Below, one piece after another: positions 1 through 9,420 of a DNA stretch of 64,000 bases. The notes beneath the pieces are model-generated. The model was not told where the DNA came from. It worked only from the letters and a program-made list of their open reading frames with translations, and ran no database searches. The DNA is from Bryobacterales bacterium (GTDB lineage Bacteria; Acidobacteriota; Terriglobia; Bryobacterales; UBA6623). A program made the position numbers and the translations under genes. The stretch spans positions 4,898,625 through 4,962,624 of the forward strand of contig CBDCOA010000003.1 in NCBI GenBank assembly GCA_965219585.1, written 5' to 3'. The first letter of the stretch is position 1. Every line of letters begins with the position of its first letter.

Positions 1-2
1 AG

Positions 3-212
3 CAGCCGGGCCACTACACCGCTACGATCTACGACGGACCCAAGGGCAACATCATCTTCAACGCCGCGACCATCTGGTGGGCCAACGGTCTGTCGAGCCC
101 GCCGGGTCACGCCACTCCCGTGAGACACGGGGTGACGCAACAAGGGGTAGACGAGCGAGTGCAGCGAATCACCCACAACCTGTTTAGGCGCATCGTTGGT
201 CAAAAGGCTTGA
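3..212 (+). CDS. 3' fragment (cut by window edge) of a paralog of the next gene; N,N-dimethylformamidase large-subunit-like family (tentative)
   Basis: Frame 3 is open from the window edge to TGA 210-212. The product ...HYTATIYDGPKGNIIFNAATIWWANGLSSPPGH...VDERVQRITHNLFRRIVGQKA is collinear with the C-terminus of the 252..1832 product (...ATIYDGPKGNVVFNAGTIWWAQGLSSPPGH...VDSRVQRMTENLFKRFTA). Confidence 0.7.
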   Translation, partial: QPGHYTATIYDGPKGNIIFNAATIWWANGLSSPPGHATPVRHGVTQQGVDERVQRITHNLFRRIVGQKA

Positions 213-251
213 GCCAGTTTGCTCCCTAAAGGAATCTGCAACGAAAAAAAG

Positions 252-1832
252 ATGCGGAAACAGCCAAACGATCGACCGAGCGGGCTCCCTCGTCGCGGCG
301 TCATCAAAGGCGTTGCAGCGGCGGGATTGGGATTGTCTGCACTCGGGCGCGGCCCGAACGCCGCCCGAGCCGCATCGGATCTCATTCGCCAGGAGAACGC
401 CAAGCCCGGTACGCGGGACTGGATGCTCACCAAGACAAACATCACCCACGTCGAGCCGGACTCTTTGTGGCGTTCTCCCGCGATCGAGGGCTATTGCTCC
501 GAGACGAGCGTTCGCACCGGCGACACATTGAGAGTGATGGTGAGCACGAACCCCGTGTCGGAATTCGATTTGGAAATTTTCCGGACCGGTTACTACGGGG
601 GAGACGGCGGGCGGAGCATGAAGCGGTTCCGTTCATTGCAAGGCAAGACTCAACCCGATCCGTCGATCGGCGCCGACCGCCTGCGCGAATGCAAGTGGGA
701 GCCGTCAGTGGAATTCGAGATTCCAGACGACTGGTTGAGCGGCGTCTACCTCGGCAAGCTCACTGCCAAGAAAGAGGGCCTCCAGAGCTACGTCATCTTC
801 ATCGTGCGAGACGACCGTGCCTGCGACCTGCTCTTCCAATGCAGCGACATGACTTGGGCCGCCTACAACAGCTGGCCGAATAACGAGTTCTCTCTTTATC
901 ACAACGACAAGAATGGCTACACCGGATACAAGAAAAGGAAAAAGTGGAGCACCGATCCCAGCGACACCGGGTGGGTGAGCTTTGACCGTCCCTACGCGCA
1001 GTACTGCCAGGATCACCTGATCGACAGACCCTCTTCGGTGGGTTCGAGCGAGTTTCTTCTTTGGGAATTCCCTCTTTCCTGTTGGATCGAGCAGCATGGC
1101 TACGACGTGTCATACATATCAAACGTCGACACGCATACGGATGGGCCGGGACTACAGCGGGCAAAGGGCTTCATCTCAGTGGGGCATGACGAGTATTGGA
1201 CGCGCGAGATGTACGACAACGTCAGCGCGGCCCGCGACGCCGGGGTCAATCTCGCGTTCCTAAGCGGCAATTCGGTGTGGGGCGTTGTGCCCTTGCTGCC
1301 CTCCGCGGAGGGCCAGTCCTGTCGGGTGATTCGACGGGAAAGCCATTTTCTTGGCGAGAAACTCGCCCAGATGTTCTACACGCGACGAGGCTTTGAATTC
1401 AACAACCAACCGGGACCGGACGGGGCGCTGCTCATGGGTGGACGGACCGGCGGCGTCGGCGGCGGCGACTGGGTTTGCACCAAGCCCGATCACTGGCTGT
1501 GTGAAGGCACGGGCATGAAGGAAGGCGACGCAATCAAAGGCCTCGTGGGCTGGGAGTGGCACGGCTATCCTCTCCTCGACCTGCCCGGCATGGAAGTCCT
1601 GACTCATGGTGAGACGAAAGCCGGCAGAGCGCCCGGAACGCCTCATGAAGCAACGATCTACGACGGCCCCAAAGGCAACGTCGTCTTCAACGCCGGGACC
1701 ATCTGGTGGGCGCAAGGTTTGTCATCGCCCCCAGGCCACGTGCTTCCCGCCCACAGGGCCGCTCAGCCGCAAGGTGTGGATTCGCGCGTGCAGCGCATGA
1801 CGGAGAACTTGTTCAAGCGATTCACGGCATAG
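252..1832 (+). CDS. Tat-signal secreted protein, N,N-dimethylformamidase large-subunit-like family (function tentative)
   Basis: Lies in ORF 219..1832. ATG 252 gives MRKQPNDRPSGLPRRGVIKGVAAAGLGLSAL, a twin-arginine signal. Motifs DMTWAAYNSWP..SLY and DEYWTREMYDNVSAARDAGVNLAFLSGNS match my recollection of this family. Confidence 0.6.
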   Translation: MRKQPNDRPSGLPRRGVIKGVAAAGLGLSALGRGPNAARAASDLIRQENAKPGTRDWMLTKTNITHVEPDSLWRSPAIEGYCSETSVRTGDTLRVMVSTNPVSEFDLEIFRTGYYGGDGGRSMKRFRSLQGKTQPDPSIGADRLRECKWEPSVEFEIPDDWLSGVYLGKLTAKKEGLQSYVIFIVRDDRACDLLFQCSDMTWAAYNSWPNNEFSLYHNDKNGYTGYKKRKKWSTDPSDTGWVSFDRPYAQYCQDHLIDRPSSVGSSEFLLWEFPLSCWIEQHGYDVSYISNVDTHTDGPGLQRAKGFISVGHDEYWTREMYDNVSAARDAGVNLAFLSGNSVWGVVPLLPSAEGQSCRVIRRESHFLGEKLAQMFYTRRGFEFNNQPGPDGALLMGGRTGGVGGGDWVCTKPDHWLCEGTGMKEGDAIKGLVGWEWHGYPLLDLPGMEVLTHGETKAGRAPGTPHEATIYDGPKGNVVFNAGTIWWAQGLSSPPGHVLPAHRAAQPQGVDSRVQRMTENLFKRFTA

Positions 1833-1846
1833 GGAAGGGAACGATC

Positions 1847-3304
1847 GTGGGGAAACTTGCAGTGAAGTTTCACAGGGGGGCCGCGATGGTCGCCTTAGCC
1901 GCGCTGGTCCTCGCTCTGCTCTCGTCTCCCGATGCGGTTCAAGGACAGGCCGACCGACCCAATGTCCTCTTCATCGCGATCGATGATTTGAATGACTGGA
2001 CGGGCGCCCTTGAGGGCAACCCTCAGGCCCGGACGCCGCACATGGACAAACTGGCTTCCAAGGGCATGGTGTTCACCAATGCGCACTGCGCGGCTCCAGC
2101 TTGCGGTCCTTCAAGGTCTGCCCTTATGACTGGGATGCGCCCTTCGACGTCGGGTAATTACGTGAATCAAAATTCGTTCACAAAAAACCCCATCCTGAAT
2201 CGCTCGGTGCTCTTGACTGAGTTGTTGCAACAGAATGGCTACTATGTAGCCGGCTCCGGCAAGTTGTTTCACGGCGCTCATTTTAAGAATGAAGTACAGG
2301 GTCGGGGCTTTGATGACTATTACCCGAGTAAGACGCAGGACCTATTCCCGTTTATAGACAGATTCGCATCTCCGAGACCTCTCAATGGGATGACGAAGGG
2401 AGTCGCAAGATACGCCGACTGGGGCCCCTATGCTCCCGATGTCACCCTGGAGGATGTCAACGATGGGAAAACTGCGAAATGGGCGGCAGAGACATTGCTG
2501 GGAGGCGAGCTGAAAGAACCCTTTTTTGTAGGCGCCGGCATCTTCCAACCACATCTGCCCAACTACGCACTTCAGGAATATTTCGATCGATTCCCTCTGG
2601 ATGAGATAGAGATCCCGGAAGGCTACCTGGAAGATGACTTGGAAGATGTGCCTGCAGCGAGTTCAAAGCAGCGGCATATCGCGTGGGCCAAGGCGATCAG
2701 GGCTGCGGGTCAGTGGAAGCACGCCATTCAGGCTTACCTGGCGTCCAGTGCCATGACCGATGAGCTGATTGGTCAGATGGTCGGGGCGCTCGAGAAGTCA
2801 CAGTACGCCGACAATACGATTATTGTGTTGTGGAGCGACCATGGCTTTCAGCTGGGTGAAAAAGAACGTTGGGCAAAATATTCCCTCTGGGAAAGGGCCA
2901 CGCGGGTCAATATGATATGGGTGGCGCCGGGCGTGACCACGCCTGGCTCGACCACGGCCAAGCCGGCGAACCTGCTGGATATTTATCCGACCTTGGCCTC
3001 ACTGACCGCAATCGATCCGCCTGAGGGACAGCTGGAAGGGAACGACCTCTCTGTCTTGATGAAAGACCCTGACGCCGCCTGGGACAAAGTCTCTTTGACT
3101 ACCTTTGGCTTCAAGAATTACGGCGTTCGCTCCGAACGGTATCGATATATCGTGTACGAGGATGGCTCGGAAGAACTGTACGACCACCAAGTCGACAAGT
3201 GGGAATGGCACAACCTCGCGAATGATCCTGAATACGCGGCTATCAAAACCAAGATGCGCAGAGCGATCCCCACGCATCATGAACCCATCGGCGCTATGCA
3301 ATGA
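1847..3304 (+). CDS. sulfatase (formylglycine-dependent arylsulfatase family), secreted
   Basis: RPNVLFIAIDDL...HCAAPACGPSRSALMTGMRP contains the sulfatase C-x-P-x-R signature, and a later WSDHG motif is present. Signal peptide AMVALAALVLALLSSPDAVQG. GTG 1847 is preceded by AGGGAAGGGA; ATG 1886 is the alternative start. Confidence 0.85.
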   Translation: MGKLAVKFHRGAAMVALAALVLALLSSPDAVQGQADRPNVLFIAIDDLNDWTGALEGNPQARTPHMDKLASKGMVFTNAHCAAPACGPSRSALMTGMRPSTSGNYVNQNSFTKNPILNRSVLLTELLQQNGYYVAGSGKLFHGAHFKNEVQGRGFDDYYPSKTQDLFPFIDRFASPRPLNGMTKGVARYADWGPYAPDVTLEDVNDGKTAKWAAETLLGGELKEPFFVGAGIFQPHLPNYALQEYFDRFPLDEIEIPEGYLEDDLEDVPAASSKQRHIAWAKAIRAAGQWKHAIQAYLASSAMTDELIGQMVGALEKSQYADNTIIVLWSDHGFQLGEKERWAKYSLWERATRVNMIWVAPGVTTPGSTTAKPANLLDIYPTLASLTAIDPPEGQLEGNDLSVLMKDPDAAWDKVSLTTFGFKNYGVRSERYRYIVYEDGSEELYDHQVDKWEWHNLANDPEYAAIKTKMRRAIPTHHEPIGAMQ

Positions 3305-3615
3305 GCCCAACGGACCATGATCCCGAGCGCCAGGTCCCAACAAGCTATCCAGCGCGCTATCCATCCGAGAAGAGGACACACCATGAACAAAGCTAACGGC
3401 CGAGCGCTGCCGAGCTGGCCGAAGACCTGGGCGTGGATGCCACGTTCGAGGAGTTGACGGCCGCGGTTGTGCGCCCCGCGAAGATCCGCCACGTCAAGCC
3501 CGAGCGCAAGCGCTGACTAGCGCCGCGCATTGGGTCATCTCGTATATGATCCCCAAAAGTAATCCCAAGCAACACTGGGAGGGACAGCCGTGGTTTCCAG
3601 GCAGTTTCCGAAGCC

Positions 3616-3876
3616 GTGAAGATTGACCCGGAAATGCGCGAGCGCATGAAGCGCCTCGCAGAAAGGCGGCAGCGCACCCCAGACTGGCTCACGCGTGACG
3701 CGGTCCGTCAGTACGTAGAGCGGGAAGAGGCACGTGACGCATTCCTGCAGCAGGCGCGTGACGCTTGGCAGGAACATCGACAGACTGGTCTGCAGGCCGG
3801 CGCTGAGGAGGTTCTAGAGTGGCTCGCGACTTGGGGCGGGGAATCCGAGACGGCGGCCCCGGTGTGCCACGAGTGA
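3616..3876 (+). CDS. ribbon-helix-helix (CopG/ParD-type) antitoxin
   Basis: 86 aa with a GTG start. The N-terminus VKIDPEMRERMKRLAERRQRTPDWLTRDAVRQYVEREE has the RHH pattern. The stop overlaps the downstream toxin start by 4 nt (GTGA at 3873-3876). Confidence 0.75.
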   Translation: MKIDPEMRERMKRLAERRQRTPDWLTRDAVRQYVEREEARDAFLQQARDAWQEHRQTGLQAGAEEVLEWLATWGGESETAAPVCHE

Positions 3877-4146
3877 GCTTCGCCCCAGCCGCGGTGCGCG
3901 ACTTGCAGCGCCTGTACGCGTTCATGCAGCCCAAGAGTGCGCCGCGCCCCAGCTCTCATCACTGAAGCAGCGAGGGGCCTCGGGCAGCACCCCGGGCTCG
4001 GCAGGCCTGCCGAGGAAATGCCGCAGTATCGGAAGCTGTTGATCGCATTCGGCGACAGCGGCTACATTGCTCTGTACCGGCACGACGGCGATCAGGTGAC
4101 CGTGCTCGCCCTGCGGCACTACTGTGACGCCTGCTATCGCGCATAA
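3873..4146 (+). pseudogene. ParE/RelE-family toxin interrupted by a frameshift
   Basis: The frame from GTG 3873 reads VSFAPAAVRDLQRLYAFMQPKSA... and stops at TGA 3963-3965. The +1 frame (ORF 3937..4146) continues RRAPALITEAARGLGQHPGLGRPAEEMPQYRKLLIAFGDSGYIALYRHDGDQVTVLALRH. Together these form one ~90-aa ParE-like toxin. Confidence 0.6.
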
Positions 4147-4285
4147 GCCCTCTGTATCCGCAGTCAGCTCGTCAATTGCGCGCACAGGCCTGAGCTCAGG
4201 GACTCGTGAGGGCGTCGAATATCAAAAAGTCCCGCGGCGTCCTTACTCAGGCCCATCCCTCTCCCAATAGGCATAAAATAGGCAC

Positions 4286-6034
4286 TTGTACCGCCTTCCC
4301 ACGCTGGTGCTATTGCTCGCGGGCGTGCTCCCAGGCCAAGACTTCTTCCCGATCGAGCAGGTGCAGGCCGGCCAGCGGGGCGTCGGCCGCACCGTCTTCT
4401 CGGGCACCGAGGTCGAGGAGTTTGACGTCGAGATCCTCGGCGTGCTGAAGAACTTCTCGGGCCCGAAGACATCGGTGATCTTCGCGCGCCTCGACGGCGG
4501 CCCGCTCGCCGATACGGGCGTGCTGGCCGGTATGAGCGGCAGTCCGGTCTATATCGACGGGCGCTTGGCGGGTGCGGTGGCTTTCATGTACCCGTTCCAG
4601 ACCGAGCCGCTGGCCGGAATTCGACCGATCGGCGAGATGGTCCGCGGTGTCCCGTCGCAGAGTCAGGCCGCGGCCACGCCGTTGGAGGCATGGCGCGAAG
4701 TGGCGGGGCTTCCGAGTCGCCGGCCGGAAGAGCCTGGCGAGCGCTCCCGGCGACTCCAGCCGATTGCCACTCCGGTGGCGCTCGGGGGGTTCGCGGAGCG
4801 CACCTTGGATGTGTTTCGGGACGAATTCCGACGGCTCGGCTTGCAGCCGATGCAGGGTGCCGGGGGAGCTGTGGACGTCGAGGCCGGGCAGCCTTTGGTG
4901 CCCGGTTCGATGATCAGCGTCGGGCTCATTCGCGGCGACATGGACTTCTCGGCTTCCGGGACTGTCACGCATGTACAGGGCGACACCGTGTTCGCCCTCG
5001 GCCACCGGTTTCTTTCCGCCGGCACCACCGAGATGCCGATGATGCGGGCTGCCGTGATGGCGCTGGTGCCGAACCTGAACTCATCGTTCAAGCTCAGCGG
5101 CACCGGGCCGCTAATCGGCAAGGTCACGCTGGACCGCGAGGCGGGCATCGCGGGCGAGCTCGGGCCCGGTCCGTCCATGGTGCCCTGCACGATCCGCTTG
5201 CGGCAGTCTGGCGGGCAGTCCGCGGACTACTCCATGGAGCTCGTCCGCGACGCTCAGCTGACGCCCTTCCTGTTGCAGCTCGCACTGTTCTCTTCGATCA
5301 GCGCCAGCGAGCGTATGCTCGGGCCTCTGACGGTGCGAGTCCGCGGCGGGGTGGAGTTCAAGCAGGGGCTTCCACGCTTGGTTCTCGACGATATATACAC
5401 GGGCAGCGGTGGCGTGGGCCAGGTGGCTGCGCTGTCCACGGCCGTTCCTCTGGCGTACCTGATGGAGACGGGTCACGCCGGGCTTGAGATCGACTCGATC
5501 GACCTAGAGATCGAGGCCGAGCCTGCCGACCGCTATACCGACTTGGTGAGGGGCTGGCTTTCGCACGAGCAGGTCAGGCCGGGCGAGACGGTAGAGATTC
5601 GCATCGCCGCCAAGCAGCCCGATGGCAGCGAGCAGACGCGCACTGTCTCGTACGATGTCCCGGCCTCGCTCTCCGCTGGCCCGGTGCAGGTCACCATAGG
5701 TGATGGGTTCACGGCGAACCTGCAAATGTGGCGCGGGCTGTTCGCGGGCCGCAAAGTGCGCGACGCCGCGTCCACGATTCGATTCCTGAACAGCCTCCGC
5801 GGCAGCGACCAAGCCTATTTGCGAGTGTGGCGGCGCAAGCGCTCGTTGTGGCTGCACTCCGACCACTTGAATTCCCCCCCGGCTTCGCTGCGAGCGGTCC
5901 TGGCGACTACCTCAGGTCGGGCGGCGGGCGCCCTCGATGCACTCTCCACCACGATCGAAGACAGAAAGATCGAAGGATTCGGGGGCGTGGTCCGAGGGCG
6001 CCTCAGCCTCCAGTTCGTGGTCACGGGCAGCTGA
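4286..6034 (+). CDS. secreted serine-peptidase-like protein (SpoIVB/S55-type GMSGSPVY motif; tentative)
   Basis: 582 aa with a TTG start. Signal-like N-terminus YRLPTLVLLLAGVLPG. Contains LAGMSGSPVYIDGRLAGAV, a serine-protease-type motif. Confidence 0.5.
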   Translation: MYRLPTLVLLLAGVLPGQDFFPIEQVQAGQRGVGRTVFSGTEVEEFDVEILGVLKNFSGPKTSVIFARLDGGPLADTGVLAGMSGSPVYIDGRLAGAVAFMYPFQTEPLAGIRPIGEMVRGVPSQSQAAATPLEAWREVAGLPSRRPEEPGERSRRLQPIATPVALGGFAERTLDVFRDEFRRLGLQPMQGAGGAVDVEAGQPLVPGSMISVGLIRGDMDFSASGTVTHVQGDTVFALGHRFLSAGTTEMPMMRAAVMALVPNLNSSFKLSGTGPLIGKVTLDREAGIAGELGPGPSMVPCTIRLRQSGGQSADYSMELVRDAQLTPFLLQLALFSSISASERMLGPLTVRVRGGVEFKQGLPRLVLDDIYTGSGGVGQVAALSTAVPLAYLMETGHAGLEIDSIDLEIEAEPADRYTDLVRGWLSHEQVRPGETVEIRIAAKQPDGSEQTRTVSYDVPASLSAGPVQVTIGDGFTANLQMWRGLFAGRKVRDAASTIRFLNSLRGSDQAYLRVWRRKRSLWLHSDHLNSPPASLRAVLATTSGRAAGALDALSTTIEDRKIEGFGGVVRGRLSLQFVVTGS

Positions 6035-6045
6035 CGGAACCTAGA

Positions 6046-8208
6046 ATGCGCTGGCTTGCCTTTCCGTTGCTGTTCGCACTGCCAGCCGGCGTTGTCTCCG
6101 GAGCGGCCCCGCAGAGTTGGGAGCTGTCGACCTACGGGCAGTACCTGGCGGGCACGTTCACGAACATTGCCTTGGAGCGCGAGGGCGTCGTGCGCGTGGC
6201 CCCGTCGCTCGATGTCGTGCATGAGTCTGAACAGGCCGTGGTCTGGTCGGTGGCGCGCTCGCCGGACGGCAGCGTGTACTACGGGACCGGCCATCAGGGC
6301 GCGGTATTTCGAGTTGCGCCGGGCGGTTCCGGGCAACTGCTATGGCAGGCTCCTGAGATCGAGGTGTTTGCCCTCGCGGTAGGAGCGGATGGAGTCCTGT
6401 ACGTCGGCACCTCTCCCAAAGGCAAGGTTTACAAAGTTACCGCGGACGGGGCCGCCAGCGAGTTCTTCGATCCCGGCGAGGAGTACATCTGGTCGCTTGC
6501 ATTTGACGCGCAGGGTCGCCTCCACGTGGGCACGGGCGCCGCCGGCAAGGTCTATCGCGTAACGCAAGACGGCACGGGCCAGGCTTGGTTCGAGTCCGGC
6601 CAGCGCCACGTGATGAGCCTTGCGGTCGATGCCGCGGGCAACGTGCTCGTTGGCACCGACCCCGACGGGATTCTCTACCGCGTCTCGCCCGAAGGCAAGG
6701 CGTTCGCGCTGCACGATTCGGATCTGCCGGAAGTGAAGGCCATCGCGGTCGACGAGGATGGCGCGATCTTCTTTGCCGCGATGGGAGGCGGCATGGATCG
6801 CATCTTGCAGGCCATACCCGCCCAGCAGGCCCCTGTCGCGGGTACCGCCACGATCGCGCCGGCAGGTGCCGCAGTCGCCGTCCAGGGGGTTTCGTCGGTC
6901 GTCAGCTATGCGCAGCCTCAAGTGGTCTACGCCGGAGAGCGCTCGGCGCTGATGAAGATCGTCGACGGACGGGCCGTGGAAAAGCTGTGGACGTCCAACG
7001 AAGAGCAACTCTTGGGCATGTCGCTGGGCGATTCCAGCGATGCGGGAGTGCTGTTCGCGACCGATCGAGGAGGGCGCATCTACCGCACTGGATCGGACCG
7101 GCAGCTGAGCTTGGTTTCACAGACCGGCAAGTCCCAAATGACGGTGCTGATGGGCGGCAGCGACGGAATGCTCGCCGGATCCGCCCATGGCGGCGCGCTT
7201 TACCGGCTGAACCCCCAGCCGGCCGCGAGCGGGGTCTACGAGACGGCGCCGCGCGACACCGGCGGGGTCTCGTCCTGGGGACAGCTCTCTTGGCGCGCCA
7301 GTGTGCCGGACGGCTCGCAGCTGGAGATTCGCACGCGAAGCGGGAACATGCACCGGCCGGGGCCGGGATGGAGCCCGTGGTCCGAGCCGCTGGCCGACAG
7401 CGAGGGTTCTGCGGTATCGTCTCCGCCGGCTAGGTTTTTGCAGTGGCAGGCGACGTTGCGGGGCGAGGCGAGATTGAGATCGGTGCGCGTGCACTACCTG
7501 CCGCAGAACTCCGCCCCGGTCGTGCGCTCGGTCAACGTGGTGCCTGAGACTGTCGAGGCGGATTCGGCGTCCGACAGCCAGTCCTCAAGCGCCAACAGCA
7601 GCTATAGCATCACCGTCTCGGCCTCTGGCGAGTCGTCTCCTCCCACGCCGACGCCCCAACAAGCCGGAGCGGGATCGGTGCGCAAGCTGGCAGTGATCTG
7701 GAGCGCCCAAGACCCCGACGGGGACAAGCTCCGTGCCGAGGTGTCGTTCCGCGGCGAGGGGGAGACCGTTTGGAAGACCATTCGCAAGGACCTGCCGGGA
7801 CCGAAGTTCTCGATTGACAGCGATGCGCTTGCCGACGGCCGCTACGAATTTCGGGTGCGCGTGGACGATGGCTTGGTCAATCCCGCCGAGCGGTCGCTGA
7901 GCGCCGACAGGATCAGCAGCCCGGTGCTGGTGGACCAGACACCTCCGAGCGTCACGGCGCTGGCGGCCGGCGCTGGCGGCGAGCCGCGCTTTCAGGCCAG
8001 CGACGCGGCTTCTGCCATTCGAGTCGCCGAGTACTCGGTGGATGCTGGCGAATGGAAGCCCGTTCTGTCCGACGACGGGATCCTGGATGCTCGCACCGAG
8101 ACCTTCACGCTGCGGCTGGGGGACTTGGAGCCGGGCGAGCACTTGGTTGTGCTGCGAGTGCGTGACCGGGCCGGCAACACCGCTCTCGGCAAGGCGCTGC
8201 TGCGCTGA
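6046..8208 (+). CDS. secreted beta-propeller repeat protein with C-terminal Ig-like region
   Basis: ATG 6046 lies within ORF 5728..8208, 12 nt after the upstream stop. Signal peptide MRWLAFPLLFALPAGVVSGAAP. Carries repeated units of the type DG.(L/V)YVGT...GKVY(K/R)V. Confidence 0.55.
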   Translation: MRWLAFPLLFALPAGVVSGAAPQSWELSTYGQYLAGTFTNIALEREGVVRVAPSLDVVHESEQAVVWSVARSPDGSVYYGTGHQGAVFRVAPGGSGQLLWQAPEIEVFALAVGADGVLYVGTSPKGKVYKVTADGAASEFFDPGEEYIWSLAFDAQGRLHVGTGAAGKVYRVTQDGTGQAWFESGQRHVMSLAVDAAGNVLVGTDPDGILYRVSPEGKAFALHDSDLPEVKAIAVDEDGAIFFAAMGGGMDRILQAIPAQQAPVAGTATIAPAGAAVAVQGVSSVVSYAQPQVVYAGERSALMKIVDGRAVEKLWTSNEEQLLGMSLGDSSDAGVLFATDRGGRIYRTGSDRQLSLVSQTGKSQMTVLMGGSDGMLAGSAHGGALYRLNPQPAASGVYETAPRDTGGVSSWGQLSWRASVPDGSQLEIRTRSGNMHRPGPGWSPWSEPLADSEGSAVSSPPARFLQWQATLRGEARLRSVRVHYLPQNSAPVVRSVNVVPETVEADSASDSQSSSANSSYSITVSASGESSPPTPTPQQAGAGSVRKLAVIWSAQDPDGDKLRAEVSFRGEGETVWKTIRKDLPGPKFSIDSDALADGRYEFRVRVDDGLVNPAERSLSADRISSPVLVDQTPPSVTALAAGAGGEPRFQASDAASAIRVAEYSVDAGEWKPVLSDDGILDARTETFTLRLGDLEPGEHLVVLRVRDRAGNTALGKALLR

Positions 8209-8273
8209 GCCCCACGCCTTGGCGCGGCATTGTTACCCAACTATTACAGAAGGCGAATTGCCGCGCTGGTATC

Positions 8274-9257
8274 TTGGACATTCTTAGGTTGCATCCCGAT
8301 GCGGCGGCTGCCGCTTCGTCGCGCCTGAAGTTTCCGTCGGCGAGTGTTGGAGGCCAGAGCTACGTGAACGATACCCTGCAGACACCTGCGTTGGAATTCG
8401 GCGACCGGTCGAAGCTGAACACGGGCACTACGGTTGCCTTGGGTCTCTTCCACCTTGGCGCGCTGGCTGCGCCGTTCTTCTTTAGTTGGACGAACTTGGC
8501 CGTGGCGCTTGCCTTGTACTGGGTGTCGATGAGCTGGGGCATCGGGATGGGCTACCACCGCCTGCACACGCATCGCGGCTACAAGGTTCCCAAGCCATTG
8601 GAGTACTTCCTAGCGGTCTGCGGCACGCTGGCGCTGGAGGGCGGTCCGATCTACTGGGTCGCGGCGCACCGCTGCCACCACCAGCACTCGGACACGGATC
8701 ACGATCCCCACACTCCGCGGCACGGCGGATTCTGGGCGCACATGGGCTGGATCCTGTTCGGCGAGACGATGCATTCCAGCACGACCCTGGCGGACAAGTA
8801 TGCGCCTGATTTGGGCAAGGATCGGTTCTACCGGATCCTCAGCGCTTGGCACTGGGTTCCGCTGACAGTCCTCGGAGTTGTGATCTTGCTGGTCGGCGGC
8901 GTCGGGATGATGCTGTGGGCCATTCCGCTGCGAGTGGTCGCCGGCTTGCACGCGACCTGGCTGGTCAACTCGGCCACGCACATGTGGGGCGGGCGGCGAT
9001 TCCGCACCACCGACGATTCGCGCAACCTATGGTGGGTCGCGCTGATCTCGTTCGGCGAGGGCTGGCACAACAACCACCATGCCAACCCGGTCTCGGCGCG
9101 GCACGGAGTGGCTTGGTACGAATTGGATCTGACCTACTGGCAGATCCGCCTGCTCGAAAAGCTTCGCATCGCCAAGGCGGTGTACGCGCCCGGCTTGGCC
9201 GAATTGGAGGGCCAGCAGGAAAAAGACGTGGCCTCCGGCCTGAAGGCCGCCGCGTAA
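8274..9257 (+). CDS. membrane fatty-acid desaturase (acyl-CoA/acyl-lipid delta-9 type)
   Basis: Three histidine boxes are present: HRLHTH, HRCHHQHSD and HNNHH (GEGWHNNHHANP). The start is uncertain: TTG 8274, or GTG 8364 preceded by GGAGG. Confidence 0.85.
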   Translation: MDILRLHPDAAAAASSRLKFPSASVGGQSYVNDTLQTPALEFGDRSKLNTGTTVALGLFHLGALAAPFFFSWTNLAVALALYWVSMSWGIGMGYHRLHTHRGYKVPKPLEYFLAVCGTLALEGGPIYWVAAHRCHHQHSDTDHDPHTPRHGGFWAHMGWILFGETMHSSTTLADKYAPDLGKDRFYRILSAWHWVPLTVLGVVILLVGGVGMMLWAIPLRVVAGLHATWLVNSATHMWGGRRFRTTDDSRNLWWVALISFGEGWHNNHHANPVSARHGVAWYELDLTYWQIRLLEKLRIAKAVYAPGLAELEGQQEKDVASGLKAAA

Positions 9258-9420
9258 GCGCCCGTGCGTTCAACCGCGCACGGCATGTTCGGCTCGTAGC
9301 CGTAGGGCGCTTGTAGGGATACCGAGAGACTCTAAGCGCCGTCCACGGCCTCCCGGACGGTTGCTTCGCTTCCTCTGCTGGAGCGTCCCGAGCCCGCGGG
9401 GAATTGCTCCGCAGGCCCGG

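Noticed and set aside
3301-3516. Possible small gene between the sulfatase and the antitoxin: MSPTDHDPERQVPTSYPARYPSEKRTHHEQS-TAA-RPSAAELAEDLGVDATFEELTAAVVRPAKIRHVKPERKR in one frame
   Set aside because: It is interrupted by an in-frame TAA. There is no start codon for the protein-like second half and no recognisable family. At best it is a gene remnant; the evidence is too weak to call.
6587-6597. GGTTCGAGTCC, a tRNA T-arm-like motif
   Set aside because: It lies inside the beta-propeller CDS. No acceptor, D or anticodon arms can be built around it.
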